From Armatimonadota bacterium (GTDB lineage Bacteria; Armatimonadota; Zipacnadia; Zipacnadales; UBA5352): a stretch of 10,860 bases of DNA. The stretch lies in NCBI GenBank assembly GCA_034722055.1, contig JAYENL010000102.1, positions 1 to 10,860 on the forward strand. The letters run 5' to 3'. Under the pieces are notes generated by a model. That model did not search any database, was not told the origin of the DNA, and saw nothing but the letters and a program-made list of their open reading frames with translations. Position numbers and translations under genes: made by a program. Positions 4,727 through 10,860 of the stretch are shown here, piece by piece; positions within the stretch are counted from its first letter, which is position 1; each line of letters starts with the position of its first letter.

Positions 4727-6301
4727 GGCGGTGGCGGCGGCAAGGGCAAAGCGAAAGCCAAGAAAGAGGAACCGGAGCGGCCACAGCCGCTGCCAGACGG
4801 TTGTGACCTGGTAGAAACGGATCGTGGGAAGTTAGCAGCGTACACGCCCTACAATCAGGACTTCATCGCAGCCGCTAAGAAGCTGGGTGGAGGGTGGAAC
4901 AAGCGGCTCAAGTGCTGGGAGTTCGCCAAAGAGAAGCATGCCGACGTCCGGGAGCTCATCATCCGCACGTACGGTGAGGAGCCGCCACCAGCGGAGCCGG
5001 GACCTGAGCCACCACCGCTGGAGGATGTGCCGGAACTGCGGGGCGACGTACGCGTCAAGCGCGTGGAGATGAAGCAAGGCCCCAAGAAAGTCAAGGTCGT
5101 GGCCCCCTACAATGACGAGTTCATCGCTGCCGCGCGAGACCTCGGAGGGAAATGGAGCAAGCAGAATAAGGCCTGGTACTTCGGTCTCGACAAGGAATCT
5201 AACGTATACGAGCTGTGTCTTGATGCTTATGGACCCCCACTGCCGACTGAGGAGCCACCGCCGCTGGAGGACAAGCCCGACCTGCCACCTGAGGTACAGG
5301 TCGAGCGAGTGAAGACGAAAGAGACCTTGAGCGGGACGCACGGCCTGGAGGACCGCTGGAGGGTGGAGGTGCGATCACCCTACAAGGACAGCTTCGTCCG
5401 GGGTGCCCGAAAGCTAGATGGCCGCTGGGATAAGTATGGCAAAAAGTGGATCTTCGACATCAGAAAGGAATCCCAGGTCTACGAGCTGTGCAAGAAGGCG
5501 TACGGGACCCGCAAGCCGGAGAAAGCGGAGGTGCCATCAGGGGCGAAGAGGATGCAGGCACGTCACCGCGGGGTCTGCGCACAGTGCGGTGGTACCATAG
5601 AGCCGGGCGATGAGATCTACTGGTTCGGACGCAAAAAGCATGCGATACACGCCGAATGTCCCGCATCGCCCGAACCAGCCCCATCCAACCTCGAACATGG
5701 CGGTGGCACCGACTTCAGGTACGTTGGCGCGGCCGCAGACATGTACCGCGAGGGTGAGGTACTTCGCCCGGACAGCGATACGCCGCGCATAGTGACAGAG
5801 GTAGTGCCTGACGACTGGCGGGAGAACGGCGGTTACTGGTCCCGGCCTGCGACCCCGAGCGAGGTCAAGGACTATAAGGCGGATCAGGCAAGGCGCCGTG
5901 CCAAGGCGGAGGCGGCGGCGAAGCTGGATGCCGAACGGAAAGATCTGCAGGGCCACATAAAGGAGCAGGGCGAACGCCCCGATCCCGCTGACGGCATGAA
6001 GAAGCCGGCGGGTGAGCGGTACGACGACACGCAGAACATCTACGGTGGCGGAGACTGGTTCGTCGTCGGACCCAAGTACATCTGGTACGTCCAGAACAAT
6101 GGGGCAGACGGTGATAACTGGGGCTACAACAACGTCGCGACCGTCGGGGCGGGCGCTATCGGCTGGCGGGTCCCGTACGACGAGGAGATCGCGGAGCGGA
6201 TACGCAAGCTCGATGAATCACAGGTGAAGAAATCATCTGGGCGGGCACTGCTCTCGTTCGGCAGTCGTAATGCGCTCGGTGTCCGCGATGGGGTGGCATA
6301 A
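4574..6301 (+). CDS. Multi-domain protein: shared header + 3x HARP/DUF5710-like repeats + CxxC...HxxC Zn finger + C-terminal domain of unknown function, 575 aa
   Basis: GTG start with SD GAGAGGTGA at 4559-4567. Three PY...GxW...W.F...YG repeats. Zn finger ARHRGVCAQCGGTIEPGDEIYW...HAEC (5552-5659). C-terminal Gly/Asn/aromatic domain at 6011-6211. Stop overlaps the next start (TAATG). Confidence 0.88.
   Translation: MARPLLIPRNVRPLLETLVKAAKQFSLFEESEHPRYPKGHPQAGQFMPKGGGGGGGKGKAKAKKEEPERPQPLPDGCDLVETDRGKLAAYTPYNQDFIAAAKKLGGGWNKRLKCWEFAKEKHADVRELIIRTYGEEPPPAEPGPEPPPLEDVPELRGDVRVKRVEMKQGPKKVKVVAPYNDEFIAAARDLGGKWSKQNKAWYFGLDKESNVYELCLDAYGPPLPTEEPPPLEDKPDLPPEVQVERVKTKETLSGTHGLEDRWRVEVRSPYKDSFVRGARKLDGRWDKYGKKWIFDIRKESQVYELCKKAYGTRKPEKAEVPSGAKRMQARHRGVCAQCGGTIEPGDEIYWFGRKKHAIHAECPASPEPAPSNLEHGGGTDFRYVGAAADMYREGEVLRPDSDTPRIVTEVVPDDWRENGGYWSRPATPSEVKDYKADQARRRAKAEAAAKLDAERKDLQGHIKEQGERPDPADGMKKPAGERYDDTQNIYGGGDWFVVGPKYIWYVQNNGADGDNWGYNNVATVGAGAIGWRVPYDEEIAERIRKLDESQVKKSSGRALLSFGSRNALGVRDGVA
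4847..5506 (+). repeat. Three intragenic 43-aa core repeats (4847-4975, 5105-5233, 5378-5506) with Pro/Glu linkers
   Basis: PYNQDFIAAAKKLGGGWNKRLKCWEFAKEKHADVRELIIRTYG / PYNDEFIAAARDLGGKWSKQNKAWYFGLDKESNVYELCLDAYG / PYKDSFVRGARKLDGRWDKYGKKWIFDIRKESQVYELCKKAYG, each exactly 129 nt. The linkers share EPPPLEDxP. Confidence 0.92.
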
Positions 6302-6813
6302 TGGCGGAGTTCACCACGGAGCAGATCATCGCGAACCTGAACAGCATGCCGCGGGCGGTGCCAGCGCTGGATGAGATCCTCAGCATCCTGCACGACAACA
6401 TGCCGCAGGTGCTGGCGGCGCGCGGGCTGCCCCACATCAAGACGTGGGACTACGCTGGCGTGGAGATCGACCCGGGAAAGGTCCCGGCGATCCTGGTGGC
6501 CGGCAGCATCCGCACGGAGGAGATGGCCAACCGCTTCGCCGACGAGGGCCACGTGGTGGTGACGGCGGCCTACCCGCCGCACATCACCAAGCGCCAGTTC
6601 CAGGACAGCCTGGACCTGGTGCAGGTGGTGCGCGGTGTGCTGACCATGCCCGCAGTGATGGGCATGCGCAGGAACGCCACCGGCATGATGCTGTGGACGT
6701 GGCTACATCCGACCGGCTTCTCGCTGGTCCCTGCCGACTTCCCTCATTACAGCGGCTGGCAGGCGGAGTTCCGGATGACGCAGACGCCGGCGCAGGCCGA
6801 CATGTGGGAGTGA
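6301..6813 (+). CDS. Putative tail terminator/tail completion protein, 170 aa
   Basis: Size, alpha/beta pattern (KVPAILVAG, GHVVVTAAY, DSLDLVQVVRGVL, WQAEFRMTQ) and position upstream of the tail tube. Mostly synteny-based. Confidence 0.6.
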   Translation: MAEFTTEQIIANLNSMPRAVPALDEILSILHDNMPQVLAARGLPHIKTWDYAGVEIDPGKVPAILVAGSIRTEEMANRFADEGHVVVTAAYPPHITKRQFQDSLDLVQVVRGVLTMPAVMGMRRNATGMMLWTWLHPTGFSLVPADFPHYSGWQAEFRMTQTPAQADMWE

Positions 6814-6818
6814 TTGCT

Positions 6819-7214
6819 ATGGCGCATTACGAAGCTGTCTATCAGGGGACGTCGCCAGTGCGCATCCCCTGTCTCGGGCGGACGTTCGAGCCTATTGACT
6901 GGGAGGGGGTAGAGCCTACCCCGCTCAAGCCGGAGGAGGCGGAGCGGGCCATTGCCCTGCGTGTGCCGCTGACCATAACCTGCGACGGCCGGCAGGTCTG
7001 GCCCGTGCTGCCGGAGGGGGAACGGGGGGCGGTCTTCCTCAAGCCCGGCGAGAGGGTGCCGCCACCTGGCGGTCAGTACATGCCCGTGGACGAGGACGGC
7101 AACGTGCAGCAGGACCGGGAGGCCGGCCTGAACGCCGGCGACCCCGCGCCACCGCTGACAAAGGGACTGCGGTGGATGCTGGTTGACGCGACCCGCTGGG
7201 CCGAATCTGAGTAA
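6819..7214 (+). CDS. Small protein (131 aa) with C-terminal YjzC-like domain
   Basis: True start is ATG 6819 (GGGAG at 6806-6810); the track's 6444 start overlaps the previous gene. The C-terminus LKPGERVPPPGGQYMPVDEDGNVQQDREAGLNAGDPAPPLTKGLRWMLVD matches my recollection of the YjzC pattern KPGxxxPxxGxY...GxPxPP...W. Confidence 0.7.
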   Translation: MAHYEAVYQGTSPVRIPCLGRTFEPIDWEGVEPTPLKPEEAERAIALRVPLTITCDGRQVWPVLPEGERGAVFLKPGERVPPPGGQYMPVDEDGNVQQDREAGLNAGDPAPPLTKGLRWMLVDATRWAESE

Positions 7215-7240
7215 GCCCAGGCTGCCGGACAAGTGAGAGC

Positions 7241-7265
7241 GGCCCGCCCCCCCCATGGGCGGGCC
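7241..7265 (+). promoter_or_regulatory. GC-rich stem-loop upstream of the tail tube gene
   Basis: Perfect 9-bp inverted repeat GGCCCGCCC (7241-7249) / GGGCGGGCC (7257-7265) with a 7-nt loop. TTTT only at 7273-7276, then SD GGAGGT at 7277-7282. Function (weak terminator, processing site or stabiliser) is unclear. Confidence 0.6.
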
Positions 7266-7288
7266 TGCGCGGTTTTGGAGGTGCCACC

Positions 7289-8254
7289 ATGGCACAGTAC
7301 GCAGACGCGGTGTATCGGGTCGGCTATCAGGGCTATCTGGCGTATCTGGCGGAGACGGCCAAGGTGCTGACGCCGGCTAGTGAGGCGGACCCCAGTGAGC
7401 AAACCTGTACGAGCGTCGCGGGCTACATCGAGAAGCCGCAGCATCAGACTACCGAGGGCCTGCAGGAGATCGACGCTGTGGGCGAGATGCGCACAGTCAC
7501 CACGGTGGTCGGCCGGCGGGAGAGCAGCGTGGGCACACGTGTCCTCGTGGCCGATGGGACGTTCCTGGAGTACGCCGTGCGGGATCATGCGACGCCCACG
7601 GGGGCTGGCACCGTGCATGGCCTGCCGCTGCTGGCGCTGGAGTACGGCGCCGCCACCGACTGGGGCTACGGCTACGCCAGGCAGGGCATCGACTGCCTGT
7701 TCAACGGGTTGCGCCTGCAGTACGCCGAGAATCAGCCCGTGGTGGCGACGGTGGACGTGTGGCCGGAGTGCGTGATCGAGGCTACGGGGCAGGCGGCGTC
7801 AACGCCCACGGCGGCCATCCTGCACTGGTGCCACTGCAGCTGGACGATTGGCGGCACAGACTATTACCCCATCATGGCCGGCTACACCCTCAACATCGCC
7901 AACGGCCTGCAGCGGGTGGGAATGCGGAAGCAGTTCGGTGCGGTCGGGAGCGAGCTGGCCATCAGCCGCACACCGCTGAAGATTCAGCCCACGCTGGAGA
8001 AGCTGCAGACACAACTGCGCCTGCGCGACAAGCTGCCGGCGGAGCTGAAGGGCACCGACGACTGGGGTGTGCTAACCGTGCGGGCGGAAGAGCCCGGAAG
8101 CGGCGCCGGTCGGCAGTATCTGGAGATCAGCATCGACCACAACCTGCTGAACAACAACGTTGGCGAGCAGGCGCCCGCTGGTCAGCTGCTGATGTGGTCG
8201 GTGACGCCGCTGTCCTATGTAATCACCATAGACGCTGGGGTGACCGCCAGCTAA
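7289..8254 (+). CDS. Major tail tube protein, 321 aa
   Basis: Strong SD. Beta-rich Gly/Thr/Ala protein with tube-like segments (GIDCLFNGLRLQYAENQPVVATVDV, YTLNIANGLQR). Immediately upstream of the chaperone pair and tape measure. Confidence 0.8.
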   Translation: MAQYADAVYRVGYQGYLAYLAETAKVLTPASEADPSEQTCTSVAGYIEKPQHQTTEGLQEIDAVGEMRTVTTVVGRRESSVGTRVLVADGTFLEYAVRDHATPTGAGTVHGLPLLALEYGAATDWGYGYARQGIDCLFNGLRLQYAENQPVVATVDVWPECVIEATGQAASTPTAAILHWCHCSWTIGGTDYYPIMAGYTLNIANGLQRVGMRKQFGAVGSELAISRTPLKIQPTLEKLQTQLRLRDKLPAELKGTDDWGVLTVRAEEPGSGAGRQYLEISIDHNLLNNNVGEQAPAGQLLMWSVTPLSYVITIDAGVTAS

Positions 8255-8268
8255 GGAGGCTGCCTGAC

Positions 8269-8712
8269 ATGCCTGTACAACTGCGCAACGCCGACGGCTA
8301 CTACGCCGCCACCGTGGAGATCGACGGCACGACGTTCAGGATCGCCGACCTCAGCGAGCATTACGACGAGTTCGTGGACCGCTACACCGCACTGCGGGCG
8401 GAGACAGGCGTAGACGAGCTGGACGAGTTCGATGCCGAGGCGCTGGTCAAGCTGGCGGTGGAGCAGTCCCGCGATGCCAATGCCATGAAGCGGGTCCGGA
8501 AGAACATCGAGCAGCTGCTGGACTGGATGCTGGATGTGGCGCTGGTGAGCTGGGACATCGCCGGTGCCGAGTGCACGGCCGAGACCAGACGTCTGCTCCC
8601 CCCACGGGTGAAGAGCGAGCTCGCGCAGGCGATCTTCGATGAGAGCCAGCTGACGCTGGGTGAGGCGAACTTTCTTGGCGGACTACGCAATGCGGCTGGT
8701 GGGCGAGAGTGA
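8269..8712 (+). CDS. Tail assembly chaperone (lambda gpG-equivalent), 147 aa
   Basis: True start is ATG 8269 with SD TAAGGAGG at 8252-8259; the track's 7759 start overlaps the tube gene. Acidic protein with LVSWDI...CT...LLPP pattern, located between tube and tape measure. Confidence 0.8.
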   Translation: MPVQLRNADGYYAATVEIDGTTFRIADLSEHYDEFVDRYTALRAETGVDELDEFDAEALVKLAVEQSRDANAMKRVRKNIEQLLDWMLDVALVSWDIAGAECTAETRRLLPPRVKSELAQAIFDESQLTLGEANFLGGLRNAAGGRE

Positions 8713-8923
8713 CCCGCTGGCGCACGTACCCGACTGGGCACAGCCGCTGATCGACGGCTACTGGCTGATGGTGGACAGCGGTCGCATGCCGTGGGAGATG
8801 GGGATTCGGGTGGGTCGGCGCCGCTACTGGCAGGCGGCCCGGATTCTCAGCCGGGTGTTCGGCCAGGCGGACCTGCTGCGCAGGCGCACACCGCAGTGCC
8901 CGCTGTTAGGAGGAGGTGACTGA
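8660..8923 (+). CDS. Second tail assembly chaperone segment (lambda gpT-equivalent), probably expressed as a frameshift fusion
   Basis: +1 frame relative to the chaperone, open 8654-8923 (TGA at 8651-8653). No convincing SD before GTG 8660 or ATG 8690. Has a GRMPWEMG motif like gpT-type segments and ends 6 nt before the tape measure start. Confidence 0.7.
   Translation: MRRTFLADYAMRLVGESDPLAHVPDWAQPLIDGYWLMVDSGRMPWEMGIRVGRRRYWQAARILSRVFGQADLLRRRTPQCPLLGGGD
8668..8676 (+). other. Candidate programmed +1 ribosomal frameshift site AAC-TTT-CTT
   Basis: Chaperone frame codon TTT (8671-8673) is followed by C, allowing tRNA-Phe to re-pair UUU to UUC in the +1 frame, which is the frame of the downstream ORF. 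It lies within the only overlap window, 8654-8712. Confidence 0.55.
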
Positions 8924-8929
8924 CCGGCC

Positions 8930-10860
8930 ATGTGGGAGGACAACGATCCCGAGGTGCAGGAGATCGCCGGCGAGCAGGGCCGGCAGTACACAGCGGGCAG
9001 CTGGCGCGGCTGGACGGACAAGCTCGGACGATGGAACGCGCGGATGCACTGCCCCGCGCACGAGCAGGACCGGCTCAACGAGCTGGTGATGGAACGTAAG
9101 CTGCAGAAGCAGCGCCAGGAGGCGGAGGAGGCCCGGCGGCGGGCGGAGGAGGCGGAGGAAGCACCCGAAGAGCCGCCGGCGGCTGAGGGCCGCCGCCCGC
9201 GGAGCCCCTTCAGCCGGGTATCGCTGCCCCACCACGTGGCCGGCTTGTGGGGGTCAGTCTTGGGTGCGGGCGCTGGCCTGGCTGGCGTCGGCATGGGGCT
9301 GGCGCTGACGCCGCTGGGGGCCACCGGCGCGGGCGTGGCGCAGGTGGGGCGGGCGCTGGTCAACCTGCTGGCCAGCAGCCTGCGGATGGTCGGCACGGTG
9401 GGGGCGGGCCTGCTGACCGTGGCGCTGGGCACGGTACTCGCCGGAGCTATCGGCGCGTCGGCGGCCATGGTGCTGTCGGCGGTCAGCAACCTCTTCGGTC
9501 AGATTGCCGAGACCATCACCTCCGCGCTGCAGGGCGTAGCCGGCGTTGTGCGGGACGTCTTCCGCGAGGCGGCTGACTATGTGCGGTCCGTCATGCAGAT
9601 GGTCTACGTCGGCGGGCAGACGCCAGCGGAGGCCGCCGGCGCGGCGGGGGCGCTGGGCGCCTTTGGCCTGCGCCCGCAGGAGACGGCGGGGCTGCTAGGC
9701 CAGTGGATGATGCGGCCAGAGTTCCTCGCGCCCCGCCTCGCCCCGCTGGGCGGCCTCCGCTATGGGGCCGACGGGGAGATCGACTGGGAGGCAACGCTGC
9801 GGGGCATGCGGCAGGGGCTGCAGGCCTACCCGGAGATGGCGCAGTATCCGGTGCTGCAGGGGCTGATGGGCCAGCAGGGCGCCCGGATGCTCATGCCCAT
9901 CATGCAGATGGAGCAGCCAGCGTTCGAGCGGGCTCTCGCCACAGCAGGCGAACTGCGGCCTGAGCTGGCGAACGTGCGCGCGCTACGCGAGGAGCTTATG
10001 CCGCTGCAGGCGCAGGTGGGCATGCTGGCCTCTGTACTAAAGGTGGAGCTGGCCAGCGCGGCGCTGGAGCCGGTGCTGGCGCTGCTGCGGGCGATGGTGG
10101 ACCTCGTGCGCGAGAACCGGGATGTGATCAACGAGTGGCTGCGGACGCTGCCAGGGCGGCTGGCGGAGTGGATGGCGGAGGCGGCGGAGAAGGCGGATGA
10201 GCTCCTAACCAGCCTGCCGCACATCGCGCGGAGCCTGAGCGAGATCGCGGATCACCTGCGGGCGCTGTGGGACTGGCTGCAGAGGATCGGCGACTTCATG
10301 TCCGCCCACCCCACGCTGAGCGCGGTGATGCGCAGGCTGAGGCTGCCGATGGTCGGGGCGGCCATCGGCGGCCTACGCGGCGGCCCCGCAGGGGCGCTGG
10401 TGGGCGGGCTGATGGGGGCCGGCGCAGAGCTCGGTGGAGCAGCCTTCGGCGGCTGGGGGACGGTCGGTGGCGGCGCTCTGGGACTGGTCAGCGGCACGGC
10501 GCTGCTGCGCCACATGGCAGCGCGGGCGGCGGCGGAGACGGCGGCGGGGACGGCGGCGGGGACGGCGGCGGCTGGCGGCGGGCTGGCCGCGGCAGGGCTG
10601 GGCAGCGTGGTGGCCATGATAGCCGGCATCCTCGTGGCCAGCACAACGATAGCAGCGTGGAGGAGCGGCTGGTGGGACGCCTACAGGCAGCAGAAGGCCG
10701 CCGAAGGACAATACCGCGAGCTGGAGGCCGGTACCCGAGAGCTGGGCTACGTCACCCCGGAGATGGCGGCTGAGTCCTTCGGCCCGGAGATTGCCCGCCG
10801 CTTCCGCCTGGACGAGCTGACGCCACGCGAGCAGGAGCTGGTGGGTGAGCGGTACTATGA
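8930..10860 (+). CDS. Tail tape measure protein, 3'-truncated by window (at least 643 codons)
   Basis: SD AGGAGGAGGTGA at 8908-8919, ATG 8930 (MWEDNDPEVQEIAGEQ...). I read the frame as open to the window end. Ala/Gly/Leu-rich helical sequence with hydrophobic stretches and spaced Trp (INEWLRTLPGRLAEWM, LRALWDWLQRIGDFM). Absent from the ORF track because there is no stop. Confidence 0.88.
   Translation, partial: MWEDNDPEVQEIAGEQGRQYTAGSWRGWTDKLGRWNARMHCPAHEQDRLNELVMERKLQKQRQEAEEARRRAEEAEEAPEEPPAAEGRRPRSPFSRVSLPHHVAGLWGSVLGAGAGLAGVGMGLALTPLGATGAGVAQVGRALVNLLASSLRMVGTVGAGLLTVALGTVLAGAIGASAAMVLSAVSNLFGQIAETITSALQGVAGVVRDVFREAADYVRSVMQMVYVGGQTPAEAAGAAGALGAFGLRPQETAGLLGQWMMRPEFLAPRLAPLGGLRYGADGEIDWEATLRGMRQGLQAYPEMAQYPVLQGLMGQQGARMLMPIMQMEQPAFERALATAGELRPELANVRALREELMPLQAQVGMLASVLKVELASAALEPVLALLRAMVDLVRENRDVINEWLRTLPGRLAEWMAEAAEKADELLTSLPHIARSLSEIADHLRALWDWLQRIGDFMSAHPTLSAVMRRLRLPMVGAAIGGLRGGPAGALVGGLMGAGAELGGAAFGGWGTVGGGALGLVSGTALLRHMAARAAAETAAGTAAGTAAAGGGLAAAGLGSVVAMIAGILVASTTIAAWRSGWWDAYRQQKAAEGQYRELEAGTRELGYVTPEMAAESFGPEIARRFRLDELTPREQELVGERYY
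10537..10571 (+). repeat. 12-bp tandem repeat (GACGGCGGCGGG x ~2.9) in tape measure
   Basis: Copies at 10537-10548, 10549-10560 and 10561-10571; encodes TAAG-TAAG-TAAA in frame. Confidence 0.85.

Larger units (their letters stand above)
1..10860 (+). mobile_element. Tailed phage/prophage head-completion, neck and tail morphogenesis region (likely non-contractile tail)
   Basis: Uninterrupted co-directional genes with 1-nt overlaps or short gaps, in the order adaptor - closure - neck - (insert) - terminator - tube - chaperones - tape measure. No host genes or att sites in the window, so free phage and prophage cannot be distinguished. Confidence 0.93.

Noticed and set aside
2887..6301. Inserted genes as a classical moron, toxin-immunity pair, homing endonuclease or intein
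   Set aside because: No flanking promoter/terminator space, no small immunity-like gene, and no HNH, LAGLIDADG, GIY-YIG or intein splice motifs recognised.
2704..8268. Track start positions 2704, 3482, 6444 and 7759
   Set aside because: These extensions overlap upstream genes and mostly translate as low-quality sequence. SD-like sequences and stop-start coupling support 2887, 3494, 6819 and 8269 instead.
8908..8932. gpT-like ORF and tape measure are in frame across a single TGA
   Set aside because: A strong SD (AGGAGGAGGTGA) precedes ATG 8930, and separate chaperone and tape measure genes are the norm. Readthrough is not needed to explain it.
10537..10571. 12-bp tandem repeat as a phase-variation or regulatory element
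   Set aside because: It is an in-frame low-complexity Ala/Gly/Thr stretch of the kind common in tape measure genes; unit changes would not shift the frame.
197..10711. Numerous minus-strand and alternative-frame ORFs in the track (e.g. 2482-3978 498 aa, 606-1478, 3833-4519, 8824-9489)
   Set aside because: They are shadow ORFs of GC-rich coding DNA: fully overlapping well-supported + strand genes, rich in Arg/Pro/Ser/Ala, with no recognisable motifs.

Overview
A GC-rich tailed-phage (or prophage) late operon, with all real genes on the + strand and closely packed. It begins with the end of a small coiled-coil gene, a small protein with a HeH/Rho-N-like C-terminus, a head-tail adaptor, a Cys-motif head-closure protein and an HK97 gp10-like neck protein. 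Three inserted multi-domain ORFs follow (2887-6301). After them come a probable tail terminator, a small protein with a YjzC-like domain, a major tail tube protein (no sheath gene in the usual position, so probably a non-contractile tail), a tail assembly chaperone pair probably joined by a +1 frameshift, and the 5' part of a tape measure gene that the ORF track misses. The three inserted ORFs are the most interesting part. Their unrelated nucleic-acid-binding-type domains are bracketed by a recurring peptide, R-[PSA]-L-[LI]-[IVS]-[FSP], next to hydrophobic-x-K-[A/S] sites. Two of the ORFs also share a 51-aa N-terminal header containing QLSLF/QFSLF and an HPR...GQF motif. I interpret this as a modular set of capsid-targeted, protease-matured internal cargo proteins; that is inference. 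Family assignments come from motif recognition and gene order, not database searches.
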